Source: an uncultured Bacilli bacterium (GTDB lineage Bacteria; Bacillota_I; Bacilli_A; RF39; UBA660). From it: DNA of 39,303 bases. The translations under genes and the position numbers were made by a program. The notes beneath the pieces were generated by a model. The model saw only the letters and a program-made list of their open reading frames with translations, did no database searches and was not told the origin of the DNA. Numbering within the stretch: the first letter of the stretch is position 1; each line of letters begins with the position of its first letter. Positions 1 through 7,375 of the stretch are shown piece after piece. The stretch is taken from the NCBI GenBank assembly GCA_944368875.1, contig CALVXF010000042.1, positions 1 through 39,303 on the forward strand. The letters run 5' to 3'.

Positions 1-50
1 GGTAAAACTTTGTAACAATAAAAATAAACAATATGTTATACATTAATCGT

Positions 51-72
51 AGGCTTAATAAGCCTATTTTTT
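51..72 (+). terminator. Rho-independent terminator-like hairpin just upstream of the RT gene
   Basis: aggctt-aat-aagcct forms a 6-bp perfect stem and is followed by tttttt. It lies inside the 5' extension of track ORF 33..950, which argues that the real start is ATG 84. Confidence 0.55.
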
Positions 73-83
73 GTGAGGTGGAT

Positions 84-1158
84 ATGAATAGTAGAGAAAG
101 AAAAGAGTTAAGATATCAGCGAAGAAAGAAAAGAAGAGAAGAAAAAAATATTATTAGAAATAATAAATATGGAAGTATTGATGAAGCTTTTTGTTTTCAT
201 AAAGTTATGTATTACGCTGATAAGTGTTGTAAGGGAGTTGGTTTTAAAAAAAGTACTCAGATGTTTAAATTACACATGTTTACTAATATAGCTACAACAT
301 GTTATAATATAAAGACAAATAATTATAAGGTAGGTGCTACCTATGCTTTTACTATTCATGAAAGAGGAAAAGTTAGAAATATTAATGCACCGCATATTAA
401 AGATAGACTAGTTCATAAAGTTTTGGCTAATGAAATCTTAACTAAGTTGTATTATCCACATTTTGTTTATGGTAATGGTGCGAGTGTTAAAGGGAAAGGT
501 TTTCATTTTAGTCTTGATTATGTTAAAAAAATATTGTATTCGTGGTATTTAAAAAATGGTTTAAATGGTTATGTGATTATTGTTGATTATTCTAAGTATT
601 TTCCTAGTTGTCGCCATGATATTATAAGAAGTATTCATTCAAAATATGTTTATGATTTATATACTGTTAAGGTTTTAGAAGATTATTTATTTATGGGAGA
701 TGGTTTATTATTAGGGGTTGAACTTGCACAACAAGAAGCTTTAATGCTTGCTAATGAGTTAGATCATTTAGTTAATAATAAATGGCCTCTTGTTAGATTT
801 ATGGATGATTCTTTTGTTATTGTTAAAACTAAGGAAGATGGATTTAAGTTATTAGAAGAATATAAGATGCTTGCTTCTAAATTAGGCATTCAAATTAATG
901 TAAAGAAGACTAGAATGATTCCTTTAAGAGAGTCATTTGTTTTTTTGTAAATGGTGTTATAAGGTTTTTTCTAATGGTAAAGTAATGCGTATACCTATTA
1001 AAGATACTATTTATAGACAGAGAAGAAAATTAAAGAAATTAAATAAGTTATATTTAGAAGGTAGAGTTTTAAAAGTAGATGTTGATACTGTTAAGTTATG
1101 CTTTAATAGTTATTTAGGTATTAGCAATTATCTTAAGTATAAAAGTTATTGGAATTAA
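84..1158 (+). pseudogene. Reverse transcriptase, DGR-like, split by a +1 frameshift at a T7 run (940-946)
   Basis: An RBS gaggtgg precedes ATG 84. RT motifs occur in order: FTIHERGKVRNINAPHIKDRLVHKVL, YGNGASVKGKGFHF, IIVDYSKYFPS, LGVELAQQ, FMDD (the YxDD box) and KKTRMIPL. TAA 948-950 follows t940-946. The +1 frame ORF 937..1158 continues with a thumb-like region (RRKLKKLNKLYLEGRV...SYLGI). Removing one T gives a single ORF of about 357 aa. Confidence 0.7.
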
Positions 1159-1228
1159 CTTTTCATTTTGTTTTCACAAATATTTCATAAATAAAAATTA
1201 TAATGTTAATAGAAGGTGAGGTGAATAG

Positions 1229-1465
1229 GTGGAAATCAAGATTATCGGTGCAAATTGTAGTAATGGTCTTAAGTTAAGAAAAATGGTAACTCGTGCTAGT
1301 AATTCCTATGGTGGTCGAGTTGTAATTGAATTACTAGACGATATGAAGGAGATGAAAAAGTATAAGATAAAAAACGTACCAGGCTTAGTTATTAACGGTA
1401 AAGTTGTTAGTGAAGGCTATGTTCCTAGTGTACGAGAAATAGAGCACTTACTTGAAAGTGCATAA
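1229..1465 (+). CDS. Small thioredoxin-fold protein (Thioredoxin_3-like) with the CxxC motif degenerated to CSNG
   Basis: GTG start follows RBS gaaggtgaggtg. The 78-aa product reads IKIIGANCSNG...VPGLVINGKVVSEGYVPSVREIEHLL, which matches the layout of small redox-active disulfide proteins (GxGCxxC...P.LVI.G......G..PS..E). The second Cys is replaced by Gly. Confidence 0.55.
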   Translation: MEIKIIGANCSNGLKLRKMVTRASNSYGGRVVIELLDDMKEMKKYKIKNVPGLVINGKVVSEGYVPSVREIEHLLESA

Positions 1466-1486
1466 GAGAGATTTTCTCTCTTTTTT
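1465..1486 (+). terminator. Rho-independent terminator after the thioredoxin-fold gene
   Basis: agagaga-ttt-tctctct stem followed by a T-run. A second imperfect hairpin plus T8 (aacgacacg..cgtggcgtt tttttttt) follows at about 1500-1530. Confidence 0.6.
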
Positions 1487-1550
1487 AGTTAAAAACTTTA
1501 AAACGACACGTTTAGCGTGGCGTTTTTTTTATAATGTATTTGGTGATTAT

Positions 1551-2318
1551 ATGAAGATCTATTTAGATTTATTATTTTTATTAAATTTTGGGTTTGATTT
1601 TCTACTGCTTATGACTACTAGTATTGTTTTAAAAAGAAAAGCTAAGTTAAGTAGGATTATATTGGGTAGTGTTGTAGGGGCTTTGTCTATTTTCTTTTTA
1701 TTTTTACCTTTAAATAGTGTTAGTTTGTTTTTTCTTAAGTTTGGTGTTAGTATTTTGATGCTTATTATTAGTTTTGGTTATCATGATTTAAGGTATATGT
1801 TTTTTAATTTTATTTATTTATATTTTATAAGTATTATTTTGGGTGGGTTTCTTTATTATTTAAATGTTAGTTTTGCTTATAAACAAATTGGTTTAGTTTT
1901 CTTTCATGAGGGGTTTAGTATTAACTATGTTTTATTAATTTTACTCAGTCCTTTTGTTTTATATTTTTATATTAAGCAAAATAAAAAACAGCGAAATATT
2001 TATAATAATATTTATGATGTATGTATAATATTTAGAGGTTGTGAATATAATTACAAAGGTTTTTTAGATAGTGGTAATAATTTAGTAGATCCTTATACCC
2101 ATAAGCCTATTATTATTATCTATGATAAAAGTTTATCTGGTAATATTTTAGTTCCTATAAGTGGTATTGATGGTAGTAGGATGATGCGGTGTTTTAAAGC
2201 TAAAGTGTTTATTAATGATATTAAAGTTAATTGTCTAGTAGGTCTTAGCTCGCAAAAGATTAATATCGATGGTGTTAATTGTCTTATAAATAATAGATTA
2301 GGAGAATATATATGTTAA
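1551..2318 (+). CDS. spoIIGA: Sigma-E processing peptidase SpoIIGA
   Basis: The N-terminus MKIYLDLLFLLNFGFDFLLL is typical of SpoIIGA. The protein has a multi-TM N-terminal half and an aspartic-protease-like GFLDSGNNLVDP motif. It overlaps sigE immediately downstream. The track ORF start at 1452 runs through the terminator region, so ATG 1551 is preferred. Confidence 0.85.
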   Translation: MKIYLDLLFLLNFGFDFLLLMTTSIVLKRKAKLSRIILGSVVGALSIFFLFLPLNSVSLFFLKFGVSILMLIISFGYHDLRYMFFNFIYLYFISIILGGFLYYLNVSFAYKQIGLVFFHEGFSINYVLLILLSPFVLYFYIKQNKKQRNIYNNIYDVCIIFRGCEYNYKGFLDSGNNLVDPYTHKPIIIIYDKSLSGNILVPISGIDGSRMMRCFKAKVFINDIKVNCLVGLSSQKINIDGVNCLINNRLGEYIC

Positions 2319-2995
2319 AGAAAATTATTGCTTTTTTTAGAAGTTTATTTGGCAGTTTATATTATGTAGGTAGTTTAGATAAATTACCTGAGCCACTTAG
2401 TAAGGAAGAAGAGTTGCGTCTAGTATTACTTGCGGAAAATGGGGATAGTGTGGCCCGTGATAAGTTGATTGAACACAATCTTCGTTTGGTTGTTTTTTTG
2501 GCTAAAAAGTATGAAAATACTAAAGTTGATTTAGAGGATTTAGTTAGTATTGGGACAATTGGGTTAATTAAAGGAGTTAATACTTATAATCATGATAAAA
2601 ATATTAAATTAGCAACCTATGCTTCACGTTGTATTGATAATGAAATATTGATGTTTTTAAGAAAGAATAAAAAAAGAAGAGGAGAAGTTAGTCTAGAAGA
2701 TAGTCTAAGTTATGATTCTGAAGGTAATGAATTACGACTAGAAGATATTTTAGGAACAGAGAATGATGTAGTTACAAAGGGTTTGTTAAATGAATATGAA
2801 CGAGACAGTATTTTACAAGAGATTTCTAAGTTGAAAAAAAGAGATAAAGAAATAATGGTTTTACGTTATGGATTAAATAATAAAAGAGAATTAACGCAAA
2901 AGGAAGTGGCTAGTTTACTTAATATTAGTCAGTCATATATTTCCCGAATTGAGAAAAAAGTTATTCGTAAACTTAAGAATATTGTAGGTGAATAA
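2312..2995 (+). CDS. sigE: Sporulation sigma factor E (pro-sigma-E)
   Basis: YYVGSLDKLPEPLSKEEE...NLRLVVFLAKKYENTKVDLEDLVSIGTIGLIKGVNTYN..IKLATYASRCIDNEILMFLRK...SQSYISRIEKK is near-collinear with B. subtilis SigE and includes the N-terminal pro-sequence. Confidence 0.9.
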   Translation: MLKKIIAFFRSLFGSLYYVGSLDKLPEPLSKEEELRLVLLAENGDSVARDKLIEHNLRLVVFLAKKYENTKVDLEDLVSIGTIGLIKGVNTYNHDKNIKLATYASRCIDNEILMFLRKNKKRRGEVSLEDSLSYDSEGNELRLEDILGTENDVVTKGLLNEYERDSILQEISKLKKRDKEIMVLRYGLNNKRELTQKEVASLLNISQSYISRIEKKVIRKLKNIVGE

Positions 2996-3047
2996 ATTTA
3001 CTTATAGCTTGTGATTTGATATAATTATTCATAGATAGGATGATTAT

Positions 3048-3473
3048 ATGGTTAGAGGTAGTAATGCATATAATATTATTTATTATGTTGGTAAATATAT
3101 ATTTACCATGCTTTTAATTTGCTATGGCATGAATTTTTTATATAGCAATAGTTATGTTGCACCTATTCTTATGATTTTTATTAATTATTTTGTTTTAAAA
3201 GTTTTAATTATAGGGACACTAGAGTCAACTGAAGATTTTAAGATTAAGAAAAGAGATTTGGAAGGGTCATTTGTGGTATGTACATCAATTGCTTTATTTT
3301 TAATAGGCTTATCATTAGATTATAATATTTTTTTACTTGTTTTGCTTATAATTATTCACATTGTGACTTTTATAAAAATGGATGCTAACGATGAAAGAAG
3401 AATCATGGAAGCAAATAAAGCTATTGATGAATATTTTCTTAATCATCCAAAGAAAAAAAGGAGACGTAAATAA
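3048..3473 (+). CDS. Hypothetical multi-pass membrane protein with a basic C-terminal tail (KKKRRRK)
   Basis: An RBS aggatga precedes ATG 3048. About 4 hydrophobic segments are present. The stop overlaps the next start (TAATG at 3471-3475), so the gene is translationally coupled to the ABC transporter. No family was recognised. Confidence 0.5.
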   Translation: MVRGSNAYNIIYYVGKYIFTMLLICYGMNFLYSNSYVAPILMIFINYFVLKVLIIGTLESTEDFKIKKRDLEGSFVVCTSIALFLIGLSLDYNIFLLVLLIIIHIVTFIKMDANDERRIMEANKAIDEYFLNHPKKKRRRK

Positions 3474-5749
3474 TGTTAGAGTTAAAAAACATTAAAAAAA
3501 CATATACAACTGGTAATTTTCATCAAGTGGCTTTAGATGATGTTAGTCTTAAGTTTCGTAAAAATGAGTTTGTTGCAATTTTTGGTCCTAGTGGCAGTGG
3601 CAAGACTACAATGTTAAATATTATAGGAGGACTTGATCGCTATGAAAGTGGCGATTTAATTATTAATAATAAATCAACTAAAAGTTTTAAAGATCGTAAT
3701 TGGGATAGTTATCGTAATAATTGTATTGGCTTTGTTTTTTTTTTTTTTTATTTGATTAGTCATTTGACTATTTTAGATAATGTTGAAATGGGAATGACAT
3801 TAAGTGGTGTTAAAGCTAAAAAACGTAGAAAAAAAGCTTTAGAAGTTTTAGAAAAAGTTGGTTTAAAAGAACATGCTCATAAAAAACCTAATCAATTATC
3901 TGGTGGTCAAATGCAGAGAGTTGCAATAGCTCGTGCTCTTGCTAATAATCCGGAAATTATTTTAGCAGATGAACCAACCGGAGCATTAGATTCTAAAACA
4001 GGTGTGCAAATCATGGAACTTATTAAAGAAATAGCTAAGGATAAGTTAGTTATTATGGTTACACATAATCCAGACCTTGCCAATAATTACGCAAATAGAA
4101 TTGTTGAAATACGTGATGGAAAGATTATTAGTGATAGTAATCCTGTTAGTGACAATGTGGCTAGCGAAGAATACAAAATTAAGAAAACAGCAATGAGTTT
4201 TAAAACCGCACTAAAACTATCTTTTAATAATATTAAGACAAAAATAGGGCGTACTTTTATTACTTCTTTAGCATCCAGTATTGGTATTATTGGGATTGCT
4301 TTAATTTTATCTTTAAGTAATGGTTTTGATATTCAAATTTCTAAGTTTGAACGCGATTCATTATCAAGTATGCCAATTATTATATCTGAGGCTCAAATGG
4401 ATAGTGAAACGATAAATGAAATTGTTAACAATCAGACAGAATATGAGTTGTATCCAGATGATGATGTTATATATCCTTTAAAAAGTATTGAAGAGACAAT
4501 TAGTCATACAAATGTAATTACGCAAGATTATATTGATTATTTAGAGAAGGCAAATAGTGAATATATTTCTGGGATAAATTATATACGTTATACGGCTTTA
4601 AATTTGTTTTATAAAACGACTGATGGAGTAGAAGCTTTAGATAGTCAATATTTTACTAGTTTACCTTTTTCACTAGGAGATAAGGATAATTCATACTTAG
4701 ATGCACATTATGATGTTTTAGCTGGTAATATGCCTGAAAATAAAGAAGATTTAGTTTTGATAGTCGATACTAGTAATCGTGTTAATAGTGATCTTTTAGA
4801 AAGTTTAGGGTTTGATTTAGAAGAGGATATTCATTTTGAAGATTTACTTGGTTTAGAAATTAAATTGGCTTTTAATGATTCTTTTTATCAAGATTATGGG
4901 TCTTATTTTATGATTAATACAGACTATGAAGCTATTTATGCTGATGAGTCTAATTTAACTTTAAAAATTGCTGGTATTTTGAGACTTAAGGAAGATGAAA
5001 ATGTTATAACTATTGCTGGTGGTTTAGCTTATACTGAAGATTTGATGCAAGAAGTTTTAACTAAAAATGCTAATTCTAAAATTGGAGTTATGCAAAAAAA
5101 TAGTGATTATAATGTTTTAACTGGTGAAAAAATTCAATTGCCCGAAATAAAAGAACAATTGCTCAATTTATTGGGTGTAAATAGTGTGCCTGTAATGATC
5201 AATATTTATCCTGAGGATTTTGATTCTAAGGACTTTTTACTTGAATATTTAGATGCTTATAATGAGAATCTAGATGAAGAGGACAAAATTTATTATACTG
5301 ATATGGCTGTTTTATTAACTGATTTATCAGGTGGTATTATGGATGCGATTACAATTGTTTTAGTAGCTTTTTCTTCGATATCTTTAGTTGTTTCTAGTAT
5401 TATGATAGGAATTATTACTTATATTAGTGTTTTAGAGCGTACTAAAGAAATTGGCTTATTACGTGCATTAGGAGCTCGTAATAAAGATATCACGCGTGTT
5501 TTTAATGCTGAGACTTTGATTATTGGTTTTACAAGTGGTGTTTTAGGATTAATTATTGCTCAACTATTAACATATCCAACAAATAAGATTATAAAAGATT
5601 TAACAGATTTATCTAATGTAGCACAGTTAAATCCTTATCATGCTTTAATTTTATTAGTTATTAGTATGTTATTAACACTAATTGGTGGACTTATTCCTGC
5701 ATTTATGGCAAGCAAAAAAGATCCAGTAGAAGCTTTGCGAACAGAGTAA
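3473..5749 (+). CDS. Fused ABC transporter ATP-binding/permease protein, MacB/FtsX type
   Basis: Walker A is GPSGSGKTT, the signature is LSGGQMQRVAIARAL and Walker B is ILADEPTGALD. These are followed by a TM segment, a large extracytoplasmic domain and a C-terminal FtsX-like 3-TM module (ERTKEIGLLRALGA). The Q-loop position reads GFVFFFFYLISHLT. Confidence 0.85.
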   Translation: MLELKNIKKTYTTGNFHQVALDDVSLKFRKNEFVAIFGPSGSGKTTMLNIIGGLDRYESGDLIINNKSTKSFKDRNWDSYRNNCIGFVFFFFYLISHLTILDNVEMGMTLSGVKAKKRRKKALEVLEKVGLKEHAHKKPNQLSGGQMQRVAIARALANNPEIILADEPTGALDSKTGVQIMELIKEIAKDKLVIMVTHNPDLANNYANRIVEIRDGKIISDSNPVSDNVASEEYKIKKTAMSFKTALKLSFNNIKTKIGRTFITSLASSIGIIGIALILSLSNGFDIQISKFERDSLSSMPIIISEAQMDSETINEIVNNQTEYELYPDDDVIYPLKSIEETISHTNVITQDYIDYLEKANSEYISGINYIRYTALNLFYKTTDGVEALDSQYFTSLPFSLGDKDNSYLDAHYDVLAGNMPENKEDLVLIVDTSNRVNSDLLESLGFDLEEDIHFEDLLGLEIKLAFNDSFYQDYGSYFMINTDYEAIYADESNLTLKIAGILRLKEDENVITIAGGLAYTEDLMQEVLTKNANSKIGVMQKNSDYNVLTGEKIQLPEIKEQLLNLLGVNSVPVMINIYPEDFDSKDFLLEYLDAYNENLDEEDKIYYTDMAVLLTDLSGGIMDAITIVLVAFSSISLVVSSIMIGIITYISVLERTKEIGLLRALGARNKDITRVFNAETLIIGFTSGVLGLIIAQLLTYPTNKIIKDLTDLSNVAQLNPYHALILLVISMLLTLIGGLIPAFMASKKDPVEALRTE
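3735..3749 (+). repeat. T15 homopolymer inside the ABC ATPase coding sequence
   Basis: Counted directly: t3735-t3749. The tract encodes the F run in (V)FFFFY. It is the longest homopolymer I saw in the window. Confidence 0.95.
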
Positions 5750-5768
5750 TTTATATAGTGTTGTTAAA

Positions 5769-5799
5769 AAACTTATTTCTTATTGGGAATAAGTTTTTT
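5769..5799 (+). terminator. Rho-independent terminator after the ABC transporter
   Basis: aacttatt...aataagtt stem followed by tttttt. Confidence 0.65.
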
Positions 5800-5848
5800 G
5801 TATAAAAATTTCCCTTTTATATCACAATGGATATGAAAGGAGATATAC

Positions 5849-6625
5849 ATGGCACGTTACAAAGTTGAAATTGCTAACGTGAATACTGCGAATATTAAAG
5901 TTTTAAATAATGAACAGATGTATGTATTATTCAAAAAATATCAAAATGGAGATCTTAAGGCTAAAGAAAAACTAGTGAATGGTAATTTAAAATTAGTTTT
6001 ATCAATTTTAAAGAAATATAATAATCGTTGTGAAAATATGGATGATTTATTTCAAGTTGGCTGCATAGGATTAATTAAAGCCATTGATAATTTTGATTTA
6101 TCTCATGAAGTTAAATTTAGTACTTATGCTGTTCCAATGATTGTAGGTGAGGTCAAAAGATTTATTAGAGATAATAATAGTGTTAGAATTGCTCGTAGTA
6201 TAAAAGATACTGCTTATCAAATCCTAAAATTAAAAGAAGATTATATAAAAGATTATGGATGTGAACCAAGCACTGATTATATTAAAAAACAATTAAATCT
6301 TTCAGATTATGATATAAGTTGTGCTTTAGATAGTACTAAAGAAGCAATGAGTATATTTGAACCTATATATAATGATGGTGGGGATACAATTTATTTATCA
6401 GATCAATTAGAAGATCGAAATTCTAATGGCGAGACTACGCTTACTTCACTAGCTCTTAATAAGGCTTTGAATAGTTTAAAAGATAAAGAAAAGTATATTA
6501 TTGAATCGCGTTATTTCTATGGAAAAACACAAATGGAATTAGCTAATGAAATTGGCATAAGTCAAGCTCAAATCTCCCGATTAGAAAAAAGTGGCTTAGC
6601 AAATATTAAAAAAATGATGAAATAA
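5849..6625 (+). CDS. sigG: Sporulation sigma factor G
   Basis: YKVEIANVNT..., GNLKLVLSILKKY, DDLFQVGCIGLIKAIDNFDLSHEVKFSTYAVPMIVGEVKRFIRDN, IFEPIYNDGGDTIY and GKTQMELANEIGISQAQISRLEK are all near-identical to B. subtilis SigG signatures rather than SigF signatures. Confidence 0.88.
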   Translation: MARYKVEIANVNTANIKVLNNEQMYVLFKKYQNGDLKAKEKLVNGNLKLVLSILKKYNNRCENMDDLFQVGCIGLIKAIDNFDLSHEVKFSTYAVPMIVGEVKRFIRDNNSVRIARSIKDTAYQILKLKEDYIKDYGCEPSTDYIKKQLNLSDYDISCALDSTKEAMSIFEPIYNDGGDTIYLSDQLEDRNSNGETTLTSLALNKALNSLKDKEKYIIESRYFYGKTQMELANEIGISQAQISRLEKSGLANIKKMMK

Positions 6626-6706
6626 CGATTGAAAAAGTGTATAGGATATGTTAAACTTAAAATAGTAGGAGACTACTAATACGAACAATAAGAAAGAGGT
6701 GATTTT

Positions 6707-7042
6707 GTGTTAGATTTTAATAATCCAGTAGTATTTTATGGCGCTATTATACTTGTTGCAGTTTTAGTTGTTGTTTTACTTGTAGTTTTAGTAAAAATTG
6801 CTAATCAAAAACAAAATAAGAAAAAAGAAAATATGGATGTTTCTGGTGAACCAATTGTTGAAGAATCAGTAACTCCAGTAGCACCAAGTGCTCCAGTTAC
6901 GCCAGTTGTAGAAAAACCAGTAGAACCAGTAACTCCAGTAGCACCAAGTGCTCCAGTTACGCCAGTTGTAGAAAAACCGGTAGAACCAGTAACTCCAGTT
7001 ACTTCAGCTGAACCAACTAGTGGTCCACAAAATAATCAATAA
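6707..7042 (+). CDS. Small membrane-anchored protein with a Pro/Val-rich tandem repeat
   Basis: GTG start follows RBS aagaggtg. One N-terminal TM segment ([22 protein letters not shown]) is followed by [20 protein letters not shown] repeated. Confidence 0.5.
   Translation: MLDFNNPVVFYGAIILVAVLVVVLLVVLVKIANQKQNKKKENMDVSGEPIVEESVTPVAPSAPVTPVVEKPVEPVTPVAPSAPVTPVVEKPVEPVTPVTSAEPTSGPQNNQ
6867..6999 (+). repeat. 60-bp in-frame tandem direct repeat, about 2.2 copies
   Basis: Copy 1 is 6867-6926 and copy 2 is 6927-6986, with a partial third copy to about 6999. I saw one mismatch (a/g at 6979 versus 6919). Confidence 0.9.
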
Positions 7043-7064
7043 AAGAGCATAGCTCTTTTTTTTT
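7043..7064 (+). terminator. Rho-independent terminator
   Basis: aagagc-ata-gctctt stem followed by a run of 9 T. Confidence 0.65.
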
Positions 7065-7081
7065 GACATATAATGTATTAG

Positions 7082-7312
7082 GTGATTTATGTGCGTTTAA
7101 GTGAATTACAAGATAAAGATGTTATTAGTACCGAAGATGGTAAATTACTTGGCAATATTATTGATGTAAATATTGATGCAGAAGGTAAATTGCTTAGTTT
7201 TTTAGTTGCACGAAAACGTTTTTTTTCATGGCTTTTTAGTAAAAATGAAGTTGATATTAATTGGGATCAAATACAACGTGTTGGTGCTGATGTGATTTTG
7301 GTTAAGCTTTAG
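7082..7312 (+). CDS. YlmC/YmxH-family PRC-barrel sporulation protein
   Basis: LSELQDKDVIS.EDGKLLGNIIDVNIDAEGKLLSFLV...WDQIQRVGADVILV matches the YlmC/YmxH pattern. Its position downstream of sigG is the same as in Bacillus. The real start may be GTG 7091, which is better spaced from aggtga. Confidence 0.7.
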   Translation: MIYVRLSELQDKDVISTEDGKLLGNIIDVNIDAEGKLLSFLVARKRFFSWLFSKNEVDINWDQIQRVGADVILVKL

Positions 7313-7375
7313 TGACAAAAATGTAATAGTTTTTTAATTGCTAATGTGTTATAATGTATTTACGGGTGATAAAAA

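Noticed and set aside
33-83. 5' over-extensions in track ORFs: 33-83 (RT), 1452-1550 (spoIIGA), 25350-25427 (ABC exporter), 28002-28040 (peptide 2), 28403-28456 (rpsU), 30529-30582 (rpsB) and 37188-37217 (proS).
   Set aside because: Each extension runs through a terminator hairpin, a promoter or an RBS. An internal ATG or GTG with a well-spaced Shine-Dalgarno gives the canonical N-terminus of the family.
1-1228. A search for DGR template or variable repeats, or a retron msr/msd-like structure, next to the RT.
   Set aside because: Only 83 nt lie upstream and 70 nt downstream of the RT, and neither contains a repeat that I could match elsewhere in the window by eye. This cannot be evaluated without upstream sequence and a computational repeat search.
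1495-1535. Possible Spo0A boxes (TGNCGAA / TTCGNCA) and a spoIIG-type promoter upstream of spoIIGA (aacgaca..., tataat at about 1529).
   Set aside because: There is only a 5/7 match to a 0A box. The same bases also fold as an imperfect terminator hairpin with a T8 tail, so the region is ambiguous.
5800-5829. A forespore-type (sigma-F/G) promoter upstream of sigG: GTATA-18 nt-CACAATG.
   Set aside because: The -35-like GTATA fits and the spacing is right. The -10 matches only about 3 of the 5 defined positions of CATnnTA as I remember the consensus, which is too weak to annotate without TSS data.
6867-6999. Whether the 60-bp repeats could be a CRISPR array or a DGR TR/VR pair.
   Set aside because: The repeats are directly abutting with no spacers, are in frame within a CDS and differ at a single position (a/g at 6919 vs 6979). 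The pair is neither CRISPR-like nor adenine-specific TR/VR-like.
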